Shown here one piece after another: positions 1 to 12,305 of a stretch of 64,000 nucleotides of DNA. Positions within the stretch are counted from its first letter, which is position 1, and the number at the start of each line of letters is the position of its first letter. This DNA is from Octopus sinensis (Eukaryota), in the NCBI RefSeq assembly GCF_006345805.1, contig NC_043015.1, positions 12,772,001 through 12,836,000 of the forward strand, written 5' to 3'. The translations under genes and the position numbers were made by a program. The notes under the pieces are model-generated. The model worked only from the letters and a program-made list of their open reading frames with translations. It made no database searches and was not told the origin of the DNA.

Positions 1-177
<177 letters not shown>

Positions 178-648
178 TTAAGTAATTTAATATAATTAAT
201 TCCTTGCTTCATTCATATTTTTTTCACTGACCAAATACTATCACACATTCTCTAATACCTAACAACAACAAAAATTGATTAGCCACTACAATTTTGGCTT
301 TGAACAAAGGTGGTAACTAAAGTTAAATTGATACTGTTAACCTATTCTGGTATAATGCTATTAATGAGACACAGCTGAAGGAATCTTTATTTAAAAAGAA
401 TAAAAATCCATTATAATAAACTACACTTTTATAAATTAAAACTAATAATCATCAGGTTAGATAATTAAGATTGTTATTTGTCCAGTTATTAAATAAAAGC
501 ACTATGAATTTGTTAAATAGTAGGTATTTACATAAGACTTGCAGTGTTATAAAAAGCCTAAAAAGCTTAAAGTATCATGAAAAACTATTAGAATTTCTTC
601 AAGAGAGTTGCTGCATCTATTTCACTATCAACAATCATATCAGATATA

Positions 649-1913
649 TCAGACTGAGTGAAAAGTAAGCAAGGTTTTGAAACATGAAATTCATCACAAT
701 ATATTCCAAGAATGTGGAAATTTTATTCATTAAAGTAAGTACCATTGCAATCAACACATTTTTACCAATGAATTACAAGTTTGTTTATTCCAGTAACATA
801 AAAATCAGAAGTTCTGGAGCTGATGAACTCTTTGAATGCACTTTCAACATCGGTTTGATTTTTGAACTCCTCTCACAGGAAACCATCTAGGTGCTTGAAA
901 AAGTTCTAGTCGGTAGGAAAAAGGTTTGGGGAATAAGCTGGGTGGGGAAGAACTTTGTAGTCAAGTTCCCTCTACTTCTGGAGCATCATTAGTGAAATGT
1001 GTGGTCGAGCATTGTCATGAAGAATGATTGGCCCTCTTCTGTTGACAAGTCTGGGATAGAGGAGTAGAAGTTTTTCATTCATTTTGGCAATTTTGTGGCA
1101 ATGTTTCTGCAGTTATGGTTTTTCCAGGTTTTAAGAAGTTATAGTGTCCAGCAGTACACTACCAAACAATCACCATAATGTTTCTTTTTGAAGAGCTCAG
1201 GTTTAGGGAAGATTTTCAGTGCTTCATTTTGGTCCAACCACTGTGAAGAACATTCTTTATTATTGTACAGAGTCCACTTTTCATTGCAAATTACAATACA
1301 GTCAAGAAATTGATTGGTCTGGTATGGAGATGAAGCAACGAGCAAATTTCATATCTGCACATTTTCTGATTTTCATTCAAATCATGTGGTACCCATTTGT
1401 TGAACTTTTTTCATTTTCCAGTCGTATGCAAATGGTTGCAGGCAATTTTCTGGCTAACTTGAAGTTCCTTTGCCAGTTCTCAAGTGGTTTTATGTGGATC
1501 TTTCTCAATGACGGTCTTTAATTGACTGTCATCGATGACAGATGGGCGTCCACTATGCTCACAAACTTCAAGGCTCAGGTCTCCACTGCAAAATTGTTTA
1601 AACCATTTTCGAGCTGACTACTCACTGGTCATTTCCTCATCAAACATTTTGTTGACATCATGAGCAGTTTCAGCTGCTTTACATCCTTTTTTGAAGTTGA
1701 ATAGCAAAATTGGCTGAATATCATACTTTGACAGTTCCATTTCAGATGATTGTAACAACAGTGAAAAAAATATCAATGTTAATTTATTGATGCATTTGGG
1801 CAAGTCTATTATCAGACAATTGCAAAAAATGTTTAAAAAAATTCAAAACTCTGCAAACATCCAGTACAAATTCTTCATGGTTCAAAACATTGCTTACTTT
1901 TTACTCAACCTGA
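649..1913 (-). mobile_element. Full-length decayed mariner (Tc1/mariner) DNA transposon
   Basis: Imperfect TIRs tcagactgagtgaaaagtaagcaaggttttg and caaaacattgcttactttttactcaacctga, each flanked by TA; about 1.27 kb; transposase remnant inside. Confidence 0.9.
723..1740 (-). pseudogene. Mariner transposase pseudogene
   Basis: Recognisable blocks MELSK..LLFNFKKGCKAAETA, FLDCIVICNEKW, LHDNARPH, VLPHPAYSPNLFPTD and KCVDCNGTYF, broken by stops and frameshifts. Confidence 0.88.
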
Positions 1914-1917
1914 TACT

Positions 1918-2142
1918 TTAACCCATTAATGTTCAGATTACTGTCAAATATAATGCTCATTTATTCCCACTGTTTTAAATTAATCATGCATTATCTTGTA
2001 TCTTTGGGAATTTGATATTATGATTGTGTATTTTTGAATGACATTGTAGGATAAGTATGAGGGACTAGATCTGGTTGGTTTGAGTATAAAACAAGTAAAA
2101 TATTTAGGCCTAATATGGTCATTTTAAATGCTAAAAGGTTAA
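1918..2142. mobile_element. TTAA-flanked MITE (piggyBac-like ends), family M1
   Basis: TTAA-CCC(A/T)TTA...TAAAAGG-TTAA termini; reverse complement of the copies at 33305 and 55845. Confidence 0.7.
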
Positions 2143-2278
2143 GAATGTCATTTCCCTTGCATACAAATAATACTTTCAAATACTTATCTTTATCTCTGAT
2201 ATTAATGGACTGAACAATTTAAAAAAATGGTTTCATGAAATCCTTTATATAAAATCTAAAAGACTATAAGTAACTTAC

Positions 2279-2447
2279 CAGGTTTTAATGTTTTGATAGC
2301 TACTGAAGTTGTGTTGTTCCACAAACCTTCCCATACTTCGCCAAACTGACCATGACCAATTTTTTTGATAAGTTTTAGAGAATGCTTAGCAATTTCCCAT
2401 TGGTCTGTAGTATTATGGGAAAGACCCATTGTGACAGGTTTCTCAAT
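2279..2447 (-). CDS. Src42A: Src42A/FRK-like kinase exon (SH2-kinase linker, Gly-rich loop, VAIK)
   Basis: [56 protein letters not shown](G). Acceptor ttttcag at 2450-2448, donor GTAAG at 2278; 169 nt, phase 0 to 1. Confidence 0.97.
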
Positions 2448-2599
2448 CTGAAAAGGAAAAACAATTAATTCATTTTTTAAAAAAACATAAATAATGGTCA
2501 AACAAATTATTAATTGTTCTAAAGAAGTATCTGCAGAAACAAAACAAAACAAAAGGAGTTATGTAGTTAAGTTGGCTTCAAGGAAATTAGTATACATAC

Positions 2600-2763
2600 T
2601 TGTGTACAAGGCTTTCTGAGATTAACACACAAGCCGTCAGCATCCCGGCTGTAGTGTTCCACCAATTCTGACAGTGTACGAAATGTGACTCTTCGTGCAA
2701 TGAAGAAACCTCCTTCATCAAGTTGCCGAATTCTATAATGCTTGACTGTGTCTCCATCACGAA
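2600..2763 (-). CDS. Src42A: Src42A/FRK-like kinase exon (C-terminal half of SH2)
   Basis: (V)RDGDTVKHYRIRQLDEGGFFIARRVTFRTLSELVEHYSRDADGLCVNLRKPCTQ. Acceptor ctttcag, donor GTATGT at 2599; 164 nt, phase 1 to 0. Confidence 0.97.
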
Positions 2764-4002
2764 CTGAAAGGAAGTAAAAGTTCAAAACATGAGTGGAAAT
2801 TCTAAGAGCTGCTTAAATGTAAAGTATTATAAATTATTAATGCATTTTGTTCAGGAGATAATATAAATTATCTCTCTTGAAGTATTTAGGATGTAAAATA
2901 ATAGCCATTAACAGGTGAAATAATTTTACAGCACTTGAGTTCCAGCTCAGAAGTAGAAATTAGTTTAATGAGTTCAATCAAAATGTTCATCTAAGATCAT
3001 GTCCTTTAATACCCTGAACAATTTAGTTACTAATATCAACAACATCTTACATTTTATCAAGCTGAGATAATAGCTATTGATTGCTAAATGTTTTAGTCTT
3101 TACAAAAATTTTAGATAAATTTAACTATTATTCAACTCCAGAATGTTAAATCAAAAAATATTCAACAAGACCTGGAAGAATAGTTATGGACAATGCAATA
3201 GTATGGTAAAAGAAATTTTAATGTGGTAGAAGTGTATTTAGTTGGTACAAAATATATTTCCAAGTTAATAATGAAAGAATATTGAATGGTGTGCTGAACT
3301 GAAATTTAGAGAAACTGACTGCAACCATTCAGAGATTAAGTGAAATAAAGACAATGCAAAAATATTTGGTAGCATGAAATTCCAGGAAATTAGTTTGATC
3401 TTAATTATCAGATGCTAGAAATAAAATTAATAAGATGTATGGAAAGTTTGGAAATAAATGCACTAAGAATGGTATGCAATGACTGAAGGATCAACTGCTT
3501 TGGCAATGTATATCTGGTAATGGTTTTAGTTATTAGATTGTGGCTATGAGGAATATTGCTTGCAAGGGTTTTAGTTGAGTATATTGAACCCAATATTTAC
3601 ATAAGAGTACTACTTATTTTACGGAGCTGTATTGAATTGTTAAATTACACTTTTTGACACAACAGTTAGATATGTTAATAACTAAACCATAAACACAGAC
3701 ATTTACATACATGATTGGCCACTACACAGTCTCCGTCAACCAAATGCCATTTTTGAGTTATTGGTAAACTCAAGACTACATGCTTCAGATGCCATGTCGT
3801 GAAAATGAACCATGGCTGCAAAGCAAACTTCTCAACTACATGGATATATATATATTTCAGAGTGAGTTTCAAACAGCTATGTTTTTCCCATTGCTGAGAG
3901 TGGCTGGTGTGTACCTACATACATGCAATACAAAGTGAATCACTTGTGTTAGGATGTTTGATAGAGTGAATTAAATTTTTTTTATGAAATTGCAGAGCAT
4001 TT

Positions 4003-4173
4003 TTAATCCTTTTGTTCATGTTTTGGCTGAAATATGCTGCCTTAGTTTCAATTAATTTTAAAACGAATGAAGAATTTGACAAATAAGCACATTATTAATT
4101 TGGTGTTCAGAAAAAAAAGTTTGTACCACAGAACTAGGAGCAGTCTCAGGTGAGTTGGTATCAAAAGGGTTAA
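4003..4173. mobile_element. TTAA-flanked MITE, second family
   Basis: ttaatccttttg...caaaagggttaa termini; a related longer relic lies at about 29100-29330. Confidence 0.55.
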
Positions 4174-5378
4174 ATGAATCTAACAAATATTAAATGTGTT
4201 TCTGAAAATACTTATATGCTTAAGAAAATAGTGGGAATTTAAAATAAAGCTGTCACTTTAAATATTAAATGAATATTTGTTTTATATAAAATTACATACT
4301 TTTCAATTCAGACAATTTCATTGGGGCAAGTGTTTCACAACCTGATACAGACTATTTACAAATATTAATTCTATAACTTGCTTCTTATTTTGATAAAGCA
4401 CATCAAACAAAAGTGAAAACATGACCCAGTTAAACAAATTTAATGAGAAGACTGAATAATTATTTCATTACTTTGGCCATTAAAAATAGCTTGACTATAT
4501 TATGATTAAAACCCTAAAAGGATGTACAATAAAAGTGATGGAAAAAAAAAACCCAACAAAAAAAGAAAGAAAATTACATGTGAATCTTAACTGAGAGATT
4601 ATATTTTCAAGGAATATTTATTCCTAGAGATAGTGCAAACAAAAAAGTAGGTTCTTGATAATATTTTTACCAACCTAAATATCACAAAAATTCCAGAAGA
4701 TAACATACAATAATGAATGCATAGATATATGCGTTGTTACTTAGTAAGACTGAGAATTTCAGCAATAGAGACCAAATTCTTCTCAGTTTATTCTTAAGAT
4801 ATATCTGCAGTAGTATTAGTTTGTTTGAATTTCCAAGAAATCTGTTTGCAACAAAAATAGCAAAGTGAGAGTTTTATTAATTTTGATCTGTTTTGTATAG
4901 ACAGGAATGCAAAGCTGGCAATTCTTTGTTTACATCATGTTTTATTGTTATCTCAAATGGATAATTCAGTATGGTGGAAAAAGCTTGCTGTGGGACATGA
5001 TATAAACATCCAGTGATTACTTCTGATTTAATAATGGCAACTGAAATCAAATGAATTCCAGTTTTCTATAACCGGAGAAAATTCTTTGAAGTGCTTAAGA
5101 CAACAAACACATCAGTACAAATTCCAGTTCATCTTGTAATTTTAGGAGAAATTGTTCTTGATTTGTCAAATAGAGATTAGCAGTGAAATTGTTTGCACAT
5201 TACAGTATATGTAATAACAAAAAATAAAAAGTGTTAATTTCATATTGTTGATTCATCTTAACTGAGATTGATTTTTAAGCAAAGCTCCAAATCTTCAAAC
5301 ATTTTTAACTGACAGAAATGTGAACATGACTAAAGATGTGAGTTTGTATATTATTTTCCTTATTTACATTTGACGGAT

Positions 5379-5424
5379 AACACAACGTTTTGGCTGATAT
5401 ACCCTCCAGCCTTCATCAGGTGTC
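5379..5424 (-). ncRNA. Hammerhead motif, core-mutated (GAAA to AAAA)
   Basis: Reverse complement GACAC CTGATGA A GGCTG..CAGCC AAAA CG TT GTGTT keeps the AACGTT palindrome but has lost G12. Confidence 0.55.
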
Positions 5425-5561
5425 TTGGGGAAATTTCGAACCTGGGTTCTCATTCCTAAGGTAGTTTTTGATATTATTACCCGAACAACAACAACGACGA
5501 TGACGGTGACGATGACAACAAATACTTTAGGAATGAGAACCCAGGTTCGAAATTTTCCCAA

Positions 5562-5607
5562 GACACCTGATGAAGGCTGGAGGATGTATCAGCCGAAACA
5601 TTGTGTT
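5562..5607 (+). ncRNA. Minimal type I hammerhead ribozyme motif (stem III mismatch)
   Basis: GACAC-CTGATGA-A-GGCTG(gaggatgtat)CAGCC-GAAA-CA-TT-GTGTT: stem I GACAC/GTGTT, stem II GGCTG/CAGCC; palindromic AACGTT altered to AACATT. Confidence 0.6.
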
Positions 5608-8600
5608 AACAACAAACAAGATGAAGATAAATATCCATCAAATGTAAATAATTCCTCATCTCTTAAATATAGAACTGTATGTAGGTTTATGACAAGCAAG
5701 GTTTTATAAGTAGCTGTAAGCATATGGCTTTGACAGAGCATGAAACTTTTATAAGAGGGACATTTAGAAGTGGTAATGATTATGTAGTATCCATGATATG
5801 AGGTTAGGGTAAAGGATTATTAATCATATGGTCATGAGTTCAAATCTCATAACTATCAGTGCTGTGTTCCTGTGAAATGCACATAATTCAATTATCATCT
5901 GACAACTTGATTCTATTGCTATATTACAACTGATTACAAAGTTGTCCACTATTATTTCAGTAATACATAATTATCTTAAATTAAAAAGAAAAAAAAGGAT
6001 GTAAAACAGTTTTAAAAGGCTGTTGAACAAGTAAAGAGAGTTGAAATTTTGGTCATGAATCTGTTTCTTTGAGAAGTTACCATTTTATTGCAGTACAGAC
6101 ATCATCATAAATTTAAGGGAAACCTTTAAGGTCTTCTAATTATTTTTTTTTCCTTTTCAAAGGGAATAACATGAATCTTAAGGAAATGGTATATCATTAA
6201 ATCAGTCCCAAACTGAATTAATGATTAATAGCTCCTCATACTAGAACAATTAAAACTTTTACTTTTTGGTGGACGTTTTCATTTGGTGTACACTGAGTCT
6301 TATGGTTTCATTTAAACAGTATGATAGCATGGCAGGATACTTTATATATCAATTCCATTTTAATTACTTTATGGATAATGAAATGTCTTAATGGAGAAGA
6401 AAGTACAGGAACTCTTAGGTAAATATGAAAATATGAACACATGTCACTGTTGTAAGAACATTTATAGCTATTGCTAGATACAAGTTTAGTTTACTTCTCA
6501 TACGTTTATACAAACCTCTCAAATTTGAGAATTGCAAAACATAAATGAAAACTCTGAGAAATTTCTGAATGCAATATGTCAGTTTCTTCAAAACAGGCCC
6601 ACTTCTGATTAATTAAATTTTTCCATATTAGTGAGTGAAATTTTATATTAGCAATTGTTTTTACAGCTGGTATCCTTCCTAAAGCTAGCAACTTAGTTAA
6701 AGAAAGAGTAGAGCCTGTTTGTTCAAGAGTACATTAGTTCAGTACGTTAAGCCACCATGCTTGACATTTTGAAAGAAAACCAAGAGCTTAAGACTGAGGT
6801 ACAACACCTCTTCTCTTCCAAACCATGTAGTTCTATCCAATAGATTAAAATGATGGTCACTGACGTACTATATTTATGAGATGCTATCTGAATAGCAGAA
6901 AGCAAAATTGTTTTCACTGTCTGCTAAAGAAAACAATGCATCAATTAGAATTTGAAACAATTCTTATTGAAGAAAATTTACACGAGAGTGGTGGTAGTGA
7001 TATCCATCACTATTTCCAGCATCACAACTGATATCATCCTCTGATCAGCCACTTAACATTTATATGACTTCAAAATATATAATTAGGAAAGTTTTTAAGA
7101 TGTAAAAATGTATTTGAATTTAAAATAAAAAGGCAACCTAGTTACAACCTAAAATGTTGTGAAAATAAAACATTTTACTCCTGCAACAGTTAGCCAGGGA
7201 GAGATGCCACTAGAAAGAACTGTGTTATGTTACAAGTGAAAGAAATAATTTAAAATTATTTTTGCATTTTTCCCCCATACTTTTCATATCAGCCAAGCGA
7301 TGCATTAAATCCAATTGATTCCAATGAATAAATCTAAAAAAATGTAGTGATTTAAACTGAACAAATTAGAAAAATGTTCATTATTAAACTCATAAGAGAA
7401 AGAATGTTGATTATTAATGGCAGTGTTTGGAAATATTTATTGCCCAAAATATAGAATAAATTATTTATTGATAAGGAGGCCAGCTGCATAAAACAAATTT
7501 AGAGAAAAGGATAGGGCAAGAAGTGAAGCATTATGAGTTTCAGTTAGATCAATTGTAAAACCTAATTTAGATGATCAAAAGAAAGTTTGGTTTTTAAATT
7601 TTAAGTAAAAAAAATTATAGGAGAGAATTTTCTTCACTAAAAGTTCAATTTAATCTATAAAAATTAGGTTAAGTATACATGTGTAATCTTTACTTGCTGT
7701 TGTATACCAAATTTTCAACTTGTTCAGATCTCTAACTGAAGGCATAGTCAACGCTTTTTTTTTATTATTATTATTTTTTCATAGACAAAGATATTTGACA
7801 TTAGTAAGAATGTTTCTAATGAACTTATAAACAAATTTTACTGACTTAGGATTATAATGTTTTGACTATTCAAACAAAGAATTTTTAGCAACTTTAGTAG
7901 ATTTTATCTTTAACTACACAGGGTTTCAATGTTGCTCCTATTCAATTATATCAATATGGAGGACACTAGATTCAAAGGTCAACCATGTAATTTAGAAACT
8001 CATAGCATTATTACTGTATTTATTTGATAAATCAAGGATGCATAGAGCCTCAATAAATATCATCTGCTCTTTCACCACAATACCTTATCATATATCAACA
8101 AATGAGCTATTAAAAACAGTTGGTATTCAAATTACATTAGACATCACTATCCCTGAACTAACCCCATCTATTCTTGGTTTCTTCAAAGAATTTTAGCTGT
8201 TTTATAACCTAAATTATATCATCAAAATATATACTTTCTGCAATGTTTCTTCAATATACTTCTAATGCTCTCCTGCACAAACTGATTTTTTACATAAATA
8301 TTAATAAACTTTTGATAGTCTGCATCAACAATTAGAAATAACAATTAAAAATGATGGAATAAATTTGTTTGCTATGAGTGTCAGAAAAAAAAAACTAATG
8401 TTTCAGATAGAATCCTTCATCAGAAAGTGATGTTTCCTCATGCTATTGAATGAATAAATTGAATGTAGCAAGAGTAACTTACATCCCCAAACTTTCAAAT
8501 GACTCCCGCTCTATATGCTACACTTGTTCCTTCAAATCCAGCAGTATTTGGTTAACCAACTTTCATGTACAATTCCAGGTCACTAATACCATGGTCTCTA

Positions 8601-9354
8601 ACTTTATAAATATTATTTACTGCATCACTTATAAATACTGGAAATCTCTATAGAAGGAGGAAACTGGCAGCCATTTAAGTGATGATTTCTGAAAGCATCT
8701 ACTCAATTTTCATAGTAATACTCAAGCACTCTCTAAACTTGTAGCAAGGCCATTCAATGAATCACTTCTTGGTTTGTAAAGTCACAATATGAGATGGCTT
8801 ACTCTACACCCATAGTATAGAAAAAAATACCTTAGTACCATTCTAGGATCCACCTTGTCCATAGGTATTAATGAATTCTAACCCAATTTCCTAAATGATT
8901 TCCAGGTCTTTAGTTTGGAAACTCCTATTTTATATATTTATATCTTCCTTTCTCATGGTTTGCCTCTCTGGTTTTACAAATTTGTTACTCTCACTCATCG
9001 CTTCCTGTTTCTTGAGTTGCTATGGTTCTTATCAATCTTTTCCGAGTTGTCTTCTCTTACCCTAATCATTACCTATTCATTTTCCAAATTTGCCAGCAGT
9101 TTTGTTGATTATTCTCTCTCCTTGATTATTGTTCATGTTGTGTTGTCTTGCAACCCCCCCTCTTAACTATTCTTCACTATTTTTTTTCTCTTTCACTACC
9201 CTACAATATATCTCTTCAAAACTATCAGAAATTATTATTTTCCATTAAAGAGTACTGCCATAAAATGTTAGAAATTTTCCTCTTCCTAATGACAACTTTG
9301 AATGTTCAAAAATGAATTCATCTTGCTCTGAACACAGCCAACTTATCATCATCA

Positions 9355-9553
9355 TGGCGAGGCAACAGAATTGCTAGTATGCCAGACAAAATGCTTAGCG
9401 GTATTTCATCTGTTGCTATGTTCTAAGTTCAAATTCCGCTGCCTTTTGGGGTCGATAAATTAAGTACCAGTCAAGTACTGGGGTCGATATGACTGATTGC
9501 CCCCTCTCCACAAAAATCCAGGCCTTGTGCCTATAGTAGAAAGGATTATTATT
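9355..9553 (+). mobile_element. tRNA-derived SINE family C
   Basis: B-box-like agttcaaattcc, core ggggtcgataaattaagtaccag..ctggggtcgat, tail ggccttgtgcctatagtagaaaggattatt. Similar copies at about 17645-17885(-), 28790-28995(+), 35115-35260(+), 39720-39880(+) and 49965-50090(-). Confidence 0.75.
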
Positions 9554-11634
9554 CTTATCAAATGATTAGTTAGTATTTACTAATAATATATTATCAAATG
9601 ATCAACCTGATATCCTTCAAAATAGAAATTGAAGTCTACTTGTGAAATATCGACTTATCAATAACTAGCTTTATTCAGACAAACACAATGAAATTAGAAA
9701 GAAATTAGTATCTTTCATTTTCTTTGTACTACGAAATCTCAACAAAAAAAACATATTACAACTGAATTTGGCAATTATATTTCAATATACACACTGACAT
9801 TGCATCTGGAAGTTTTGTTGGCTAAATTTTTGTACCATTAAATGCATCATCTTTAGAAGTATGCCATTATATGATACAGTAAAGTTAATGAGTTCAGATA
9901 AATTTATATGTTATGAAGAGAAAAAAAAAGTCTAATATTTTAGTACAGACCCTTCACCAGGAAGACAGAAAGTTTCCAATGAATCTTGAAACCTCAGATT
10001 CTTCTTCTCTCTGCAGCACATAAACTTAACTAAACTCATTAAATTCATTGCATAATTTTTGTCAATGCAGACCATTATCAGTTTTCTTGGATTAGTTTTA
10101 CATAGTCTTTGATATACATGTTTATTTTCTAGCTTCACTTCTTTATTTATACAAGACTCTTCAGTAAATGCTCTATCAGCTGATCTGTTTAATAATATGC
10201 TATTTGAAAATGAAAATTCATATTTAATTCTGAATACACCAAAGTTCTAATAATGAAGAATTTCATTTTTCCATCTCTGTCTAATCTTGTTTTAATTAAA
10301 GTATTGATATATATATCTTGTATTCTGAAACCCTAATAATTTTCTCTATCCAGACCTTCCTTTGTAGTAAACAAAACTTTTCATTAAATTTCACTTTGAT
10401 CTAGGGAATTAAGGAACTCTTTATGACATTTGATGAGGTTCCTGACATGGTTTTTCTGCTTAACAGCTATATGAAACTAAGACCCATTTTTCTATTTTGT
10501 ATGGTAATTTAGTTCCCTTAAAATTTTGTCAGACTTTTCAGTGAGTCATAACAACTGTTCCTTAATCAGATCCTAAAGTCAGTGGAATAAAATCCTTTAA
10601 CACTAATATATCATTTCTCAATTGAATGATATTTGATAATTTGTTTGATAATATATAGCCTATCTTTTCTATTTACACAATGTTGGCTACTGTTTACGAA
10701 TATATACAATATCAACATGCAATAGAACATTCAGACCATTTTTCTAAGAAGCAATAAATTTTAGTAACTCTCAAACCATTTGCAAATCCAATGAATCAAT
10801 ATGACTAAGTTGTAAATTATATATCAGATGCAAAATGATTGCATTAAAATGTGATGATATATATGAAAACTTGAATAAGTAAGTTTTGTATTAAAGAATT
10901 ATAAAAATTGATAAGTGGAAAAAGAATCCAAGGAATTCCTTTACAAAATTTTAGAGCACTTAAATTAATGAATTCTATAGATCTTGCATCTGTTTCAGTG
11001 AATGAAAATTCCAGCAGCTCAGTCAATGGAGTCATCTATTTGCAATATGATGGTGTAGGTAGCTGAACATTCCACAGTCATTTGTACTCTTAATGTAATC
11101 TTCAGACAGATTTGGCATGATAATGAGTAACAAGTTCAGGCCTTCAATTTACAGGTAGAGTCCATACAACAGTTTCCATCTACAGTTAACCCAAATTTTA
11201 TAGCTGGGTTAACTTGAAGCTTGGTATAAGAGACATTGCTTTATTATTTGGACACACACCTATTAACAACTTAAACACTGTATTCATATATAAAAAAACA
11301 CTCATGTATAATATACAACACTTTATGGGCAATGAAATTCCAGAAGAAATATATCTTGTGTATAATATACATCACTTTTCCTTTACAGTAGACTCTGATA
11401 CCTTGTCACTACCATCTTTATACCTCTTTCTAGCTCAACCTTATTTATTCCAACCCACCCTCAAATAATGTTGGGTAGCCTCTACAACAACAAACCTGTT
11501 CTTGTTTCTTTTATCATAAATTAATCTCACATAAAGCTACCTCCTACTACACTATACTTCCTCTCAGTAGAAGGGATTCTTTAGGTACATGGCAACCTCA
11601 TTTAAGTATTTGAAATTATTTTTATATAAATTAG

Positions 11635-12305
11635 GTACAAGCGGTGAGGAGCTTGCTTCCAAACCACATGGTTCCAGGTTCAGTCCTACTGCAGGATAAC
11701 TTGGACAAGCGTTTTCTATTACAGTCAAAAACCTTGTGAATGGATCTGGTGGACAGAAATTGAAAGAAGCCAATCTTGTGTGTGTAAGTGTCTGTGTATA
11801 ATATATATGTGTGTGTGCGTGTGAGTGTATATATATATATATATATATCATCATCATCATTATCATCATCGTTTAACATCCACTTTCCCTGCTAGCATGG
11901 GTTGGATGATTTGACTGAGGTCTGGTAAGCCAGATGGCTGCATCAGGCTCCAATCTGATCTGGAAGAGTTTCTACAGCTGGATGCCCTTCCTAACGCCAA
12001 CCACTCCGAGAGTGTAGTAAAGTTTATGCTGCACTGCCGCATATATATATATATATATGCAAGTTCATGTGTGTTGCTGCTTGACATTGTGTGATAGTTG
12101 TAAACAAGTGTCACCATCATGCAAGTGGTATCTTTCTTTTTCAGTTTCCATGAAAACATGTCTGGCCATGGGGAAATATTCACTTACTTGGAAATACGTG
12201 AGGGCTGGTGACAAGAAGAGCATATAGCCATAGAAAATCTCCCACGACAGAATTCTATCCAACCCATGCGAGCATGGATAGATGGATGTTAAAGAAATGA
12301 TGATA
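11635..12305 (+). mobile_element. SINE head A + microsatellite + RTE-type tail D, interrupted by an antisense RTE 3' end (about 11848-12030)
   Basis: Head ..ccacatggttccaggttcagtcc..ttggacaagcg; (TG)/(TA)n; tail ends ccaacccatgcgagcatgga..gatgttaaagaaatgatgat. Confidence 0.65.

Larger units (their letters stand above)
5361..5676 (+). mobile_element. Fold-back element with two hammerhead-like motifs (Penelope pseudo-LTR-like), copy 1
   Basis: Inverted arms about 5361-5462 and 5523-5650 around a low-complexity (aac/gac/gat) spacer; same family as 39910-40405; right arm extends to cctcatctcttaaatatagaact. Confidence 0.75.

Noticed and set aside
2256-2785. ORF-track boundaries for the kinase pieces
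   Set aside because: They include intronic sequence; the splice-defined exons are 2279-2447 and 2600-2763.
5364-5709. Paired ORFs MGKFRTWVLIPKV.. on both strands (likewise 39842-40414)
   Set aside because: They mirror each other because of the inverted repeat, and their poly-T/V/N/L tracts come from trinucleotide runs.
7950-8900. Possible ancient L1/Tx1 C-terminal relics on both strands
   Set aside because: Only vague motifs (ILGF..YNL.YII; KYCWI*RNK); too degraded to support without a profile search.
9930-11040. Apparent protein-like minus-strand stretch
   Set aside because: Many stops and frame changes, with no recognisable family.
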